From: a virus
Taxonomy: Duplodnaviria > Caudoviricetes
IMG/VR virus record: IMGVR_UViG_3300018481_000021
Span: 1,331 to 65,330 of that record
Strand: one strand, 5' to 3'
DNA: 64,000 nucleotides
Shown here: one piece after another, positions 39,040 through 49,496 of the stretch
Layout of the letters: the number at the start of each line of letters is the position of its first letter
How positions within the stretch are numbered: the stretch's first letter is position 1
Program-made: the position numbers and the translations under genes
The notes under the pieces: generated by a model
The model's input: only the letters and a program-made list of their open reading frames with translations
The model's database searches: none
What the model was told of the DNA's origin: nothing

Positions 39040-41454
39040 TCATGCTGGATCGCAACCTGCGCCTGCGCGCAACACTGATTCAACAATTGTATTGATCGCA
39101 GGATATCCACCTAAACCACCAGTATTAACAACTACTGCACTAGGCGGCGTAGTGTGTCCATTACTGGTAAAATCCAAATTTGGATTCCACCCACGGTTTC
39201 CTTTATAAATACGCACGTTATTAGGATTGCCACCTTTACTTGCAACTACCGTGTGATTATCGGCACTCTGAACATCACCAATTATAATATCAAATCCTGG
39301 ATTATCTACTAACGTACAATAATCAGCGGCTTCATGCTCACCCCCGTTAGCGCTCTTTGGAACTTGTCCACAATTCAATGCAGCGACCATAGTCCCACTA
39401 TCGCATCGATTACCAATAATCGTTATTCCAGAGCCATTAAGCTCTATATTTCCACCATTACCAAATCGATTACCGCGAATAATTCCACCCGTATCATAAT
39501 TATTATTTTCAATTTGTCCATCGCGAAAAACAATAGGCCCCGTAAGAGTACTATCGATAAAATTATATTCGTAAGTCATATTCCGTTTGGTATACAACCG
39601 CCCATCACCTTCAACAATATTATAAGCAAATCGAAAAGATTGTTGCACTGCAACAGAATTTGACGATGGTTTACTTTTTTGCGCGTAAAGAAAATTATGT
39701 ACACCCCCGCTTGGACGATTAAATGTACACCACGCAATATTACTATTTGAAGGTAAATTAGACCCCGAACCCATCGGAACTAGAGCAATACTGGCAGTTA
39801 TTACGGCGCCTTCATCTGGATTAGCACCAATTGAGTTATAGCAAAAGTTAAAATTACTATACGGAGTGCCACCAGGATATGCAATTGTCACAAACAAACC
39901 ATTTGGAATAGAAGAATTAGTTACCCACAAACCTGATCTAGTGCATACTATTGCAGTTGATGAAGATTCATAACCACCGCTAGCGCGAAATGTAAATCGA
40001 ATCCCCGACATCCACCAATTTACTCCATTAATACGAACCTGCAATGAAATAGTTGCCCCAAGATGCGTACGCGACCGCATCATGATACGTTGCGAACCAC
40101 TCGCTGTATGCGTACCAGCTCTACTGGTTGATATCGCACTACCAGAATACGTACCATTGTCCAGAACAATCAAATCACCAGGTGCGAGATTGGAGCTATT
40201 CATGGCGGCATCTAAACCAGCCCTGCCTGCAGCATAAGTTGCTTTAGAACCAGTCTGATTAAATCCAACACAATGCCATTTGCTAACCGATACAGTCGGT
40301 AAGTGTTTCGGAAATTCTGTTGTTGGTGGTGGATCGGGGTCTTCTGCTACATCAATTAATGTAGCATTTGCCGTAGCCTGATTAATATTACCAATACTAG
40401 GGCTATTAATCGTAATTGTAATCGTTCTGTTGCCTTGCAAACCAGTACGGTTATTTGTCCCGCTCGTAAGACCTACAGTAGTAGCGCTAGCCGGCAACGT
40501 TAGAGTACCAGTAGTTGGAGCGACCAAATCCGAAGAAGTACTAAGGTTACTAATAACCGAATAATTAACCGTTACGGCCTGTGTACCCGAACCAACAAGG
40601 CGCCTTAACGTCCACCCAATATTGTTTCCTTCAACTATATCACTACCACTATTTGCAAAAATACCAACAGTCGGAGTTAGTGTTACGACAAAATCATCCA
40701 ACTGAAACGCGGCTGACGAATTAGTCGGTGAAATCACCCCATTGGTAATTCCTGTCAATGTCAAAAAAAGTCCACGCGAACCCTGCGTACCGCTACGCGC
40801 AGCAGTCGCTACTGAAATATTCACTTGACTAATCGAAGCATTAAGTGTTGCAACACCAGTAAGAACCGCGCCAACAGCAAAATCAGTAGCGTCAAGACTA
40901 CTAGTCCAAGCCCAATTAATGTTGACTGTAGCCGTAGGATCACCGCTTACGCGTCGAATCTGTGCTGTTACTGACGAAGCTTCTACTATTGTTGTTGGTG
41001 ATTGGGCAAAAGCGCCGATGACGGCCGGCGGCACAAATACATCCTGAAGAACTGTAATAGCAAAAGAACGGGTAGGATCAATCAAAGTCTCTTCATCACC
41101 ACCAGAAGGTACTGTAAGAGTAGCACGAAGATCGCGATTACCTTGCGTTCCAGACCGATTGACAGTAACAACAGAAACGATTTCTTCTACATCGCCTGAA
41201 TTGAGTACTATTGTTTCGACAGTCGGGGCTACCAGATCAGCAACACCAGCAGTGCTAGTGAAAGTAACAATTACAGTCGCACTAATATTAATTAGCCCAC
41301 TGACTTGGAAAATTCTGAAAAAAACTTCATCACCTTCAACCGCCGTATTTTCAATCGACTCGATGCCAATGGTCGGGGGATCATCAGGCGGCACAAAAGT
41401 CCCGTCGCCTTCCGCGCGCATACGCTGATGCAGTAGTGCAGCCGTGGCTTTCAT
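39040..41454 (-). CDS. Calx-beta/Ig-like repeats plus beta-helix lyase-like domain
   Basis: Three repeats ending R.G.QG.R...T; PGDLIVLDNGTY lyase-type cap. Confidence 0.65.
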   Translation of the reverse strand: MKATAALLHQRMRAEGDGTFVPPDDPPTIGIESIENTAVEGDEVFFRIFQVSGLINISATVIVTFTSTAGVADLVAPTVETIVLNSGDVEEIVSVVTVNRSGTQGNRDLRATLTVPSGGDEETLIDPTRSFAITVLQDVFVPPAVIGAFAQSPTTIVEASSVTAQIRRVSGDPTATVNINWAWTSSLDATDFAVGAVLTGVATLNASISQVNISVATAARSGTQGSRGLFLTLTGITNGVISPTNSSAAFQLDDFVVTLTPTVGIFANSGSDIVEGNNIGWTLRRLVGSGTQAVTVNYSVISNLSTSSDLVAPTTGTLTLPASATTVGLTSGTNNRTGLQGNRTITITINSPSIGNINQATANATLIDVAEDPDPPPTTEFPKHLPTVSVSKWHCVGFNQTGSKATYAAGRAGLDAAMNSSNLAPGDLIVLDNGTYSGSAISTSRAGTHTASGSQRIMMRSRTHLGATISLQVRINGVNWWMSGIRFTFRASGGYESSSTAIVCTRSGLWVTNSSIPNGLFVTIAYPGGTPYSNFNFCYNSIGANPDEGAVITASIALVPMGSGSNLPSNSNIAWCTFNRPSGGVHNFLYAQKSKPSSNSVAVQQSFRFAYNIVEGDGRLYTKRNMTYEYNFIDSTLTGPIVFRDGQIENNNYDTGGIIRGNRFGNGGNIELNGSGITIIGNRCDSGTMVAALNCGQVPKSANGGEHEAADYCTLVDNPGFDIIIGDVQSADNHTVVASKGGNPNNVRIYKGNRGWNPNLDFTSNGHTTPPSAVVVNTGGLGGYPAINTIVESVLRAGAGCDPA

Positions 41455-41472
41455 CCAACAACTCCTGTTGGA

Positions 41473-43089
41473 TCAAGGTATGGGGGTAGGAGTACGTACA
41501 TCAACTGTCACGCCATCATTCTGGAACCACAACTCAGCAACGCCATAGGGCACGCTCAACACATCGCGTCCACCTTCCAAATTTAGTACCACAGCACCAC
41601 CACCGATTACCGCTTTTGGTTGATAACCGATCAACGCTATATTAGTTTTCAATGCGGCAGATGAAAAATTACCTGTAACAGTAAAATCTGCAGTAACAGT
41701 AGATACACCAGAAAAAATACCGTAAGCCTGATTTCTATTGTTACTGGTGTCAGAAGCAAGAACATCAGGTAGACCAGCAGTATTACCAAAAGCATCCCGC
41801 GTAACATTGGTAGTGAACGACACAAATGTGCTATTTACTGGTGCCGCACCTGAGCCAGCCATACCCATGACCAATGATTGCGCCGGCAATCCAGGTATGG
41901 TTGCCGTAGCTGTGGAGCGAACCAATGTGGCTTGCCTCGGGTCAAATGCAAAGAATGGGAGAGCCCCTTCGGTCTTATCAAGAATAAAGTAATCAGCGGC
42001 TAAGAAATCCGTATTTACACCTTCATCCATACGAATATTAATGGTTTGTCCAGCTCGGGCTCCCAACATAGCGCGCGCGAGGAAAAATTGAGGCCGTGAA
42101 CTTGCCGGTGGAAAAGCTTCGTATGGGCTTATAGTATCCCAGGTTAAACCACCAGTAAGATCAAAAGTAACAGTACTGGGAAAACTTGGGCCAAAATGCA
42201 TCGCGTTAAAAACAAGTAGCACTTCGCCGTCAACGACCCCAACCGGCGGAATGACAATTGGCACATCCAGTAATCGTCGAGCAGTCGTGCTAGTATTTTC
42301 TACACGGAAAACACTTCGTCCGCGAGCGACCAAGGTCGGAGTAACAAGATTAGTACCTCCTGCTTGTGGCACGAATTTAACTGAGCCAGTAGCCGAACGC
42401 AGCTTGTATGCACCCCAGCGAGCTTTCTTTTCAGCAGATGTAAAAATTCCAGGAGGAATGGTGACAACAACCTCGGCACCACCAACCGGCTGCACTTGTC
42501 GTTCTGTAAATAGAAAACCTGACGCAAACGTCTCGTCACCCGTCAATGGCCCTGCCGTATCCAAATCACGACTTTCTTGCGCAATACCCGCCGCCTTTTG
42601 TGCGCTAATCACAGCGCTATCGCCACCGCCAGGAAGCGATGTACCTTCGGGGGCCAAGGCAAATTGTTGCGACAACGTAGCCGATCCTGCCGCTGCGTTA
42701 GATGCTGTAGCGGCAGAATTAGCTGAATTGGTCGCCTGTGTAGCCGATCCCGCCGCTGCACTTTGCGACGACGCCGCCTGTGAAGCGGCTTGCTGCGCAG
42801 CCGTTACGGCTTGTTGAATTTCTGGAATATCAGCAATCGAGCCGCCGTTGAGCAAAAGTTGACCAGTAGATGACAACGTTAATGTGGCTTGCTGTAGTGG
42901 TGCCGCCCCCGGTGGCTTATACACCGATTGTATCTGAACCCGATGCGCCACCGCGTCCCAAGTTATGACGGTGTAGTTCTGCGCCGCTTGGTCGCCCAAG
43001 ATCAACGGTTGCGTCGGATCGTGGATCACGCCGGGCACGGGCTCAATCTCCTCGCAGATCAGGTGCGCGAGAGCGCTAGCTAAGGTCAT
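41473..43089 (-). CDS. tail fibre-like protein
   Basis: Ala/Ser/Gln coiled-coil stalk (AAAGSATQA) plus beta-rich C-terminus. Confidence 0.6.
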   Translation of the reverse strand: MTLASALAHLICEEIEPVPGVIHDPTQPLILGDQAAQNYTVITWDAVAHRVQIQSVYKPPGAAPLQQATLTLSSTGQLLLNGGSIADIPEIQQAVTAAQQAASQAASSQSAAAGSATQATNSANSAATASNAAAGSATLSQQFALAPEGTSLPGGGDSAVISAQKAAGIAQESRDLDTAGPLTGDETFASGFLFTERQVQPVGGAEVVVTIPPGIFTSAEKKARWGAYKLRSATGSVKFVPQAGGTNLVTPTLVARGRSVFRVENTSTTARRLLDVPIVIPPVGVVDGEVLLVFNAMHFGPSFPSTVTFDLTGGLTWDTISPYEAFPPASSRPQFFLARAMLGARAGQTINIRMDEGVNTDFLAADYFILDKTEGALPFFAFDPRQATLVRSTATATIPGLPAQSLVMGMAGSGAAPVNSTFVSFTTNVTRDAFGNTAGLPDVLASDTSNNRNQAYGIFSGVSTVTADFTVTGNFSSAALKTNIALIGYQPKAVIGGGAVVLNLEGGRDVLSVPYGVAELWFQNDGVTVDVRTPTPIP

Positions 43090-43129
43090 GGATGTATCCA
43101 ACAATAGTTGTTGGACGGGTTTTTGTGCA

Positions 43130-46100
43130 TCATGTCACATCCGTCAACGTAACTACCTGCACATATATGCGCGCATTCGCTACAGCAATAATAGCACACG
43201 AATTAGTAGGCACTGTCGGATTGGACCCGGCCGGCCCATCGATGGTAACAGTTCCGCCCGTCGCCACTATAGTGCATTCAAAGTCGTATCCGATAATATC
43301 TACTACCGGCACTGTTACGGTTATCGCCGCTGTGCAAACAATTCGCTGAGCATGGTTGATATTGGCCAAAGTAAAATTAGCTGATCTAGTAGCTGGAGCA
43401 CGCCCACCATTTAGGGTCGAACGCAACTTCAATGACCCTGAAGGTAGCCGACTATTTGTTCCAAACTCGGCAAATCCACCAGAGGGGTTCTGCGGGGCTC
43501 TATCGGCGTCGCCTTCTATTACAAAAGCATCTGCATTTGCTGGTGATGCCGGATCGTCGTTATCACTTACCCAAGATTGCCAGTCATAATCACCAGCGAT
43601 AATCTGCATCTTGGAACGCGAACCGCAATTAGGTCCAGTGAATGTCATTAAGCGCGGATTGATGGTAGCGGTCATTCCCGAGAAATCGTAAATCAATATA
43701 CCATTACCCGTAGTATTCACTTCCGCCGCTGCTCTAAGGAAAATAGCTCGCGGCCTATCTTGGCTACCTTTTTGGATTACTCGAACTGCACCCTCGACTT
43801 GCAGCACACCATCTTCGACATCAAGAGCCCTATCACCAGTAACAACCGCATCAAAATTTCTTACGCGGTTAGTTTGTCGCGCCTCTGCTGGAGTAAGTAC
43901 ATCCTCGCGACCAAATTTAACCCCGATGCCGCTACCTTCATATGAACATCCATCAAGAAAATGCTCACCAAAATCATTAGCAAATTGCTTATAGAACACA
44001 AACCCAACCGGAACTCGCCGAACATGACAATTGGTTGCACGGCACCGCACACCACGAAATTGAAATCCAGAACCGGTAGAAGATTCGCTGAAGTATCCAC
44101 CGTCAACATCCAAATTCATGAACCGGGCTTCATAGGCATCTGAGTGCGTGTCGTATGCCGAAGATGAACATGACCCGGAAGCACCACCATTAACTGTCGG
44201 TCGAAACGCGCGGCCCCACTGTACTCTAGGATTACTGGAATTTGGAGCGATGGTAGTATATACATGACGACAATCGTCACCGCCGAGATCGGTATGCACA
44301 GTCATATACGAACCGCCATCAACCACGCCGTAACCAACAATCGCCGGTGTCTCGCTGGCTGTTGCATTACGCAAATGATGCGCTCGAATACTATACGTAG
44401 CCGCAAGATAAGTTCCAATTAGAGCCAAACCTTGCAGCCAATCCCTGAACCACAACCCGAATACGCGTGGTTCGACTGCGGACACGACCCTGACGCCAAT
44501 CCCGCGCCAATCTTCCGCAACTAAACGCGCCCAATTACCACGTACTCCAAAATCCGTTATCAAAACACGCTGCGTCTTATCCAACATATGTAGTTGGATA
44601 GACGTAGTGTAGCTGTCAACCAGCATGGCTGGAATGTAGAGCAACCATTGACCTGGAGTTGCATGCGCTGCCATTGCAGCGATGTAGACGTGTTGACCGA
44701 CAAAATCACCAAGATCACTCTCAACGATCTGGTCGGTGGCAGTTATCTTCCCTACATCGCCAACGACTGGAGGTAGTTGACCAGCCGTCAAGGCAATGGT
44801 AATCACCGTGACTGGGGTATCTGAGCTGAATGTTCCAGAAAAATCAAATATGCCGGTCGTTACCGAAACGACGTTATAAATCTCCGGCACTTCGACACGA
44901 CAATCCAAAACCGCAAACCCTTCCGGGTCGTAATCAACATAAATCTCACCCGTGCCGCCACCATCAATAATAGGTTTGTTCAGAATAGGCAGCGCTGCCG
45001 TAACACGCCATGTCCCTCGGGCAAGATCGAGCACACCTCCAGCCTGATTGACCTGAGTTATCGCCTGCGACAAGGCCAAGGTATCATCAGCTATTCCGTC
45101 GCCAACGGCTCCATAGGTGAACGGAGATACCCTATTGACCGCGACCCCTTGCGAGCCTTGCGTCGGCAGACCTACAACAACCCATATTGAAGAACCAAAC
45201 TCAGGTGGAGTAGTAAACTGAATCACGTCGCCATTGATCAGAAAATCCACAGCCGGTTGCAAAATGATGTTGTTTTGTGAGACCAGCACATTGGTTGGCG
45301 TGCCGGGAAATACATTGACCCCTGACATATTGAAAAGTTCAAAATCGGTCTGAATATCATCGAACAGCCACGCCGAGGTATCAATAGCTACTGCGTTGGG
45401 CGAAAACTGCACGTCGCCGACAGTAAACAGTTGCACGACCACCGCAGTATTGACGCACATAGGGGTGGCAAGAGCAATGAAATCACCACCGGCCCCACCC
45501 TCATTGACAGTGTAATCCGCCCCGTTGACCTGCAACACACCATTGAGATAGACATTGATACCGTTGACCGAAACCTGCCCGGTGGATACGTCGAACTCCA
45601 GAATATTACCGTAACTGTCGGCTGTGCCGGGTCCGTTGGGTGGAATGACGCTGGTTTCTATGCTAATGCTATAGTAGTAGGCCCGGATCGACGCCGGCAA
45701 CGCCGCTGCGGCAACAACGAAACGACCAGCAGAAGAAAAAATGTAGAAAGTATCATTGCTGATGTTGTAGTAAGTGTGCCCGACTTCGAGCGGATTACCG
45801 AAGTTATCGGCGACTGGGGGGGATGACTTGGGTCCAAGGTACATCCCCCCGCCGCCGCTGGCGAGGGCTGCAATCGGGTAGTTGGCAGATCGTAGTGGTT
45901 GATTCAATCCACCGGAGACTACTGGTACTCGCGGATTTTCCAGACCGGAAACGTCGTCCACGCCTGGTAGTAGGCCGCGTAGTCCGAAATCGACAGTAAT
46001 TGGAACTGAAGCATTGCCCGGTCCAGAGGTAAGGCCGTCGAGTGTGATGCGATGATCAGAGGCTAGTTGTTGCAATTCGTCGGTTTCGAACCCACGAACC

Positions 46101-46132
46101 TTCAGCTCGGTGCCGACGATCGGGCTGGCCAT
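43130..46132 (-). CDS. tailspike with pectate-lyase-like beta-helix, 1000 aa
   Basis: VYLNGVLQ...DY domains, YGAVGDGIADDTLAL motif. Confidence 0.8.
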   Translation of the reverse strand: MASPIVGTELKVRGFETDELQQLASDHRITLDGLTSGPGNASVPITVDFGLRGLLPGVDDVSGLENPRVPVVSGGLNQPLRSANYPIAALASGGGGMYLGPKSSPPVADNFGNPLEVGHTYYNISNDTFYIFSSAGRFVVAAAALPASIRAYYYSISIETSVIPPNGPGTADSYGNILEFDVSTGQVSVNGINVYLNGVLQVNGADYTVNEGGAGGDFIALATPMCVNTAVVVQLFTVGDVQFSPNAVAIDTSAWLFDDIQTDFELFNMSGVNVFPGTPTNVLVSQNNIILQPAVDFLINGDVIQFTTPPEFGSSIWVVVGLPTQGSQGVAVNRVSPFTYGAVGDGIADDTLALSQAITQVNQAGGVLDLARGTWRVTAALPILNKPIIDGGGTGEIYVDYDPEGFAVLDCRVEVPEIYNVVSVTTGIFDFSGTFSSDTPVTVITIALTAGQLPPVVGDVGKITATDQIVESDLGDFVGQHVYIAAMAAHATPGQWLLYIPAMLVDSYTTSIQLHMLDKTQRVLITDFGVRGNWARLVAEDWRGIGVRVVSAVEPRVFGLWFRDWLQGLALIGTYLAATYSIRAHHLRNATASETPAIVGYGVVDGGSYMTVHTDLGGDDCRHVYTTIAPNSSNPRVQWGRAFRPTVNGGASGSCSSSAYDTHSDAYEARFMNLDVDGGYFSESSTGSGFQFRGVRCRATNCHVRRVPVGFVFYKQFANDFGEHFLDGCSYEGSGIGVKFGREDVLTPAEARQTNRVRNFDAVVTGDRALDVEDGVLQVEGAVRVIQKGSQDRPRAIFLRAAAEVNTTGNGILIYDFSGMTATINPRLMTFTGPNCGSRSKMQIIAGDYDWQSWVSDNDDPASPANADAFVIEGDADRAPQNPSGGFAEFGTNSRLPSGSLKLRSTLNGGRAPATRSANFTLANINHAQRIVCTAAITVTVPVVDIIGYDFECTIVATGGTVTIDGPAGSNPTVPTNSCAIIAVANARIYVQVVTLTDVT

Positions 46133-46465
46133 CAGTGCATTATCCTAACTGCTTCCGGGTAACGACTGTACGGATAATTACATTGTGCAGCTACGAAACG
46201 ACAAGCGTCCTCACGCTGCCCGTATCGCCGCCATGAAAAAGTTTCGATGTAATCGTACAAATGCCAATAATGCAAAACCACCGGGTTCGTCCGATCCAAC
46301 AACTGTTGTTGGATGGGATCGGGATAGTGATTTTTTCTCCTAGCCAGCATACGCGTATCTCCGCTCGCGTACATGCGCCGAACAGTACGCGCTTTAGTTG
46401 AATAAGTCAAGCACCAAATAGGGGGTGCGACAATATGTCCATCCAACGATAATTGTTGGATAATT

Positions 46466-47935
46466 TCAGGTCCAGGCCAGTGGCGAAACTTGCTGTTGCT
46501 TCGGGCGATGTGCGAACCCGCGTGGGAGCGCGGCCTTGCGACGGTAACGCGCCGAGCCCGTGACGCCGAACGCGAGATAACCGCAAGCATCGACTACGTC
46601 GGAAATGGGATGCTTTTTCTCGGGCTTATCTTCCAGTTCCTGCGTAATCTTTTTACGTTTATACCGATACCTGCCCCCGAGGGCGGAAATAAGGGTCGTA
46701 CAAGACGGATCAATGATAAGAGCCGGTGTTGGCCCCTCCGATTGAAGTTCCGATAAAGTTCGATATGGCGTATCAGTCTCCAGTCCCCGCGTCTCAGTAA
46801 GAAATAGCTCAAGCGCCTTGAGACGTGGATCAAGGTCGTTTGTCGAAGCAAGCGTGACATCCAACTTTTTCGCTTCGAGGAGACCTTTGGCGGATAACCC
46901 CGAATTTGCATCCCGCGTTACTCCTGCTGGGTCCATGATGAAAAAGTGGGAGCGGGTAGTAAAACCTGGTCTCTGCATTTGTGGTATTAGGTAGTTGTCC
47001 ACAAAGACGCCGAAAAGGGTGTTGGAGGCAAATACCTCACGTAGGATTCGGAGTTGACCACGTGAGCTGAGTTGTCCAAAGACAGCAGCCGGGTTGAGAC
47101 CTGGATCGATACCGACAATGACGGGAAGGTTAGCGATGACATTCAACGGCTCCTTGGCAACATGAAAGTTCTCATTAAAAATAGCAGCAAAGATAGGTTC
47201 GCCAGAAAGGTCAGCGGACCATTGAGAATGAATGAAGCTGTCGATCCAGGCACGAGTAGCTCCGATCATCTGATCTTCGTAGTAGTTCTCGGGCAGGTAT
47301 TGCAGCCAATCGGCTTTTTCGGATAAGGCAGATGGTTGGTGAATATACATCACGGCGGGATGTTTCTTCTTTTCGAGAAATTCGTGCAAGGGCGATCCTT
47401 CCACACCCATATTGCCATCGGCAAGCAGAAAGCGATGAGTGCAAGGAACCTTCCCGTGTTTGTTGGAAGGGAAACGACCAGCTCGGCTGAATGCGGCAAA
47501 AATAGTATTAAACTCGATTTCACGTATTTCGTTTATGTAGACGCCAGATAATTGCAGCGAGAGCAAGCGGCGAAGGTCTTCGGGCTTATCGAGGCCCAAT
47601 AACATCCATTCACTTTCGATGTCGGCATGGCGAAACCAAATGGTATTTTCTGACACACGGAGTTGCACCATTTCGTGGAACAGAGAGAGGATGTCCTTGA
47701 CAATGGTTTGTCGAAGATTGACCAGGGTATTGCGGACAATACCGAAGCGGGTGCGGCGAATGCCGTCCGGGCTTGGTTGCTGGCGGGCTGCGGTCATCAG
47801 CAGCCAATGCAGGCAAGAGGTGGTTTTGGACGAGCCGACAGGGCCAAGAATGAAGATCATCTTGGTATCCGGTGTCACCAAGAACATCCGGGCCAGGGAT
47901 GGCACTGGCGTAAATTCAAAGTTAATGTCAGCCAC
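46466..47935 (-). CDS. terL: terminase large subunit
   Basis: Walker A GPVGSSKT, Walker B YINEIRE, nuclease GIDPG and HPISDVVDA. Confidence 0.93.
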   Translation of the reverse strand: MADINFEFTPVPSLARMFLVTPDTKMIFILGPVGSSKTTSCLHWLLMTAARQQPSPDGIRRTRFGIVRNTLVNLRQTIVKDILSLFHEMVQLRVSENTIWFRHADIESEWMLLGLDKPEDLRRLLSLQLSGVYINEIREIEFNTIFAAFSRAGRFPSNKHGKVPCTHRFLLADGNMGVEGSPLHEFLEKKKHPAVMYIHQPSALSEKADWLQYLPENYYEDQMIGATRAWIDSFIHSQWSADLSGEPIFAAIFNENFHVAKEPLNVIANLPVIVGIDPGLNPAAVFGQLSSRGQLRILREVFASNTLFGVFVDNYLIPQMQRPGFTTRSHFFIMDPAGVTRDANSGLSAKGLLEAKKLDVTLASTNDLDPRLKALELFLTETRGLETDTPYRTLSELQSEGPTPALIIDPSCTTLISALGGRYRYKRKKITQELEDKPEKKHPISDVVDACGYLAFGVTGSARYRRKAALPRGFAHRPKQQQVSPLAWT

Positions 47936-48213
47936 TAGTGATTATCCATATCTCCTGTTTTGGTATTGCGAAAGCCGGCATGGATGTTGTTCTCGGATTG
48001 GTACACGGCCGCGTCGCGATGCAGCTTTGCGATGTCCCGGCGTTCCAGGGCAGTGGGCAGACAACGACGGAGGAGGTTGAGCACAGCAGGCATGTAGGGG
48101 TCGTTAGCCGTCATGACCAAAGTGGGCACGGATTGCGGCTTCGGTGGCTCACTGGCGGTATTGATACCACCGACCAGACCGATATAGGGCTTTGGAAAGC
48201 GGGTGATACGCAT
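47935..48213 (-). CDS. hypothetical protein between terminase genes
   Basis: Coupled ORF. Confidence 0.5.
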   Translation of the reverse strand: MRITRFPKPYIGLVGGINTASEPPKPQSVPTLVMTANDPYMPAVLNLLRRCLPTALERRDIAKLHRDAAVYQSENNIHAGFRNTKTGDMDNH

Positions 48214-48215
48214 GG

Positions 48216-48761
48216 TCAGTCGCTCTCGAAGGGGTTGCTCTGATCCAACAATTGTTGTTGGACGGGTGGTGGCGGTGATGGTACAGCAAAAGAATTATCG
48301 ACGTGGACGGATTTGTGGTCGAGATTGATAGTCAGCGCGAAGCGTTGTGGCGGCTCGGCCTGTTCCGGGCGTTCCATGCCGGTCAGTGATTTGATTTGTG
48401 CGAACGCAGCCACGCGGGCCGCAGCGGGGTTATTGGGGAATTTGGCGATGTCGTACATCTGGTCGAGAAGCATTTCGGTAATGATTTGTGATTTGATGCG
48501 GACACGTTCCGACGTGGCCGTGTAGCTGTTGAAGTGACGGCGTTGTTCGACGACGGCTTTGAGGAAGATGGGGTCTTTGGATAGGTTGGCGAATTGAGAT
48601 TTACTGATGCGGTGGCGTTGTAGAATATCAGCAAGTGGTTCGAGATTGGCGGCAATCTCGACGACGAGGATGCCGAAACGGTTGTCGAGCTTAGAACCCG
48701 CTGGATGGAAGGGGACTTCGGGTTTACGCGGTGGTAGGATTAAAGCGGCGGGGGCGTTCAT
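48216..48761 (-). CDS. putative terminase small subunit
   Basis: HTH-like N-terminus, helical core, FALTINL strand; upstream of terL. Confidence 0.7.
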   Translation of the reverse strand: MNAPAALILPPRKPEVPFHPAGSKLDNRFGILVVEIAANLEPLADILQRHRISKSQFANLSKDPIFLKAVVEQRRHFNSYTATSERVRIKSQIITEMLLDQMYDIAKFPNNPAAARVAAFAQIKSLTGMERPEQAEPPQRFALTINLDHKSVHVDNSFAVPSPPPPVQQQLLDQSNPFESD

Positions 48762-49147
48762 GAAATATCACTTGTAGCTATTTGTGGTGTAAAATGGGAT
48801 TGCGGCGACGCAGTGACGCGGGCTGAAGTTACGACGGCTCGCTTAGCAAAGTAAATTTCAAGAACTTGAAGGATTAAATCGTTGGGGTCGTAATGACGAG
48901 TGAAGGCGGTTTGCTTGAGATCGTCGAGCATAGATTCCGGCAAAAAGAAAACGAAAGAGGTTTCGTGGTCGTAAGATTTGCGAGGTAGCTTGGGCGGTGG
49001 CAGACCGAAGATGATGGATAGGTCGGCGGCGCGACGTAGCAGCTCGGCGGCGGGGGTTTGTTCCGCGTGGGCCACGGCGTGCAGCGTCGCGAGCATACTG
49101 GTGGGCAGATGCAAACGGAGCTTTATCTGACTGGTGGTGCGTGGCAT
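48758..49147 (-). CDS. tandem ribbon-helix-helix DNA-binding protein
   Basis: Two strand-helix-helix units: IKLRLHLPTSMLATLHAVA...AAELLRRA and TSFVFFLPESMLDDLKQTA...PNDLILQVL. Confidence 0.6.
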   Translation of the reverse strand: MPRTTSQIKLRLHLPTSMLATLHAVAHAEQTPAAELLRRAADLSIIFGLPPPKLPRKSYDHETSFVFFLPESMLDDLKQTAFTRHYDPNDLILQVLEIYFAKRAVVTSARVTASPQSHFTPQIATSDIS

Positions 49148-49173
49148 ATTCAGTTCCGAAAGGGGCAGGGTGG

Positions 49174-49202
49174 AGTATATTATAGTATGGGAAGAGTGTC
49201 AA
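49174..49202 (-). promoter_or_regulatory. sigma70-like leftward promoter
   Basis: TTGACA-17-TATACT on - strand, upstream of the RHH/terminase operon. Confidence 0.75.
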
Positions 49203-49432
49203 GAAGTTTTTTTAGTGTGAATTTTTTTATTTTTTGCGGGTTGACGCGTCGCGCGCGGGCGCGTAGGGTGGGGTATGTTTTGCATACGGGAGTGGAACGG
49301 AAGTATGTTTTATTTTTTGGGAAGTGAAGTTGCTTGGCCGTGACGCGATAACAGACTGCCGCCCCGCCCCCGGCCGTTGTCCATACCGCCATGCCCCGTC
49401 CAACAATGATTGTTGGATGGCCAAGGGCCGAG

Positions 49433-49461
49433 TTGACACGCGAGCGCACCTATGGGATACT
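49433..49461 (+). promoter_or_regulatory. sigma70-like rightward early promoter
   Basis: TTGACA-17-GATACT. Confidence 0.65.
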
Positions 49462-49496
49462 AAGCATGGTTAGAACAAACAAACGGACACACCCTG

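Noticed and set aside
46132-46590. 152-aa ORF overlapping the terL 3' end
   Set aside because: No convincing start/RBS or motif. It may be a shorter ORF or a non-coding gap holding two palindromes (46294, 46441).
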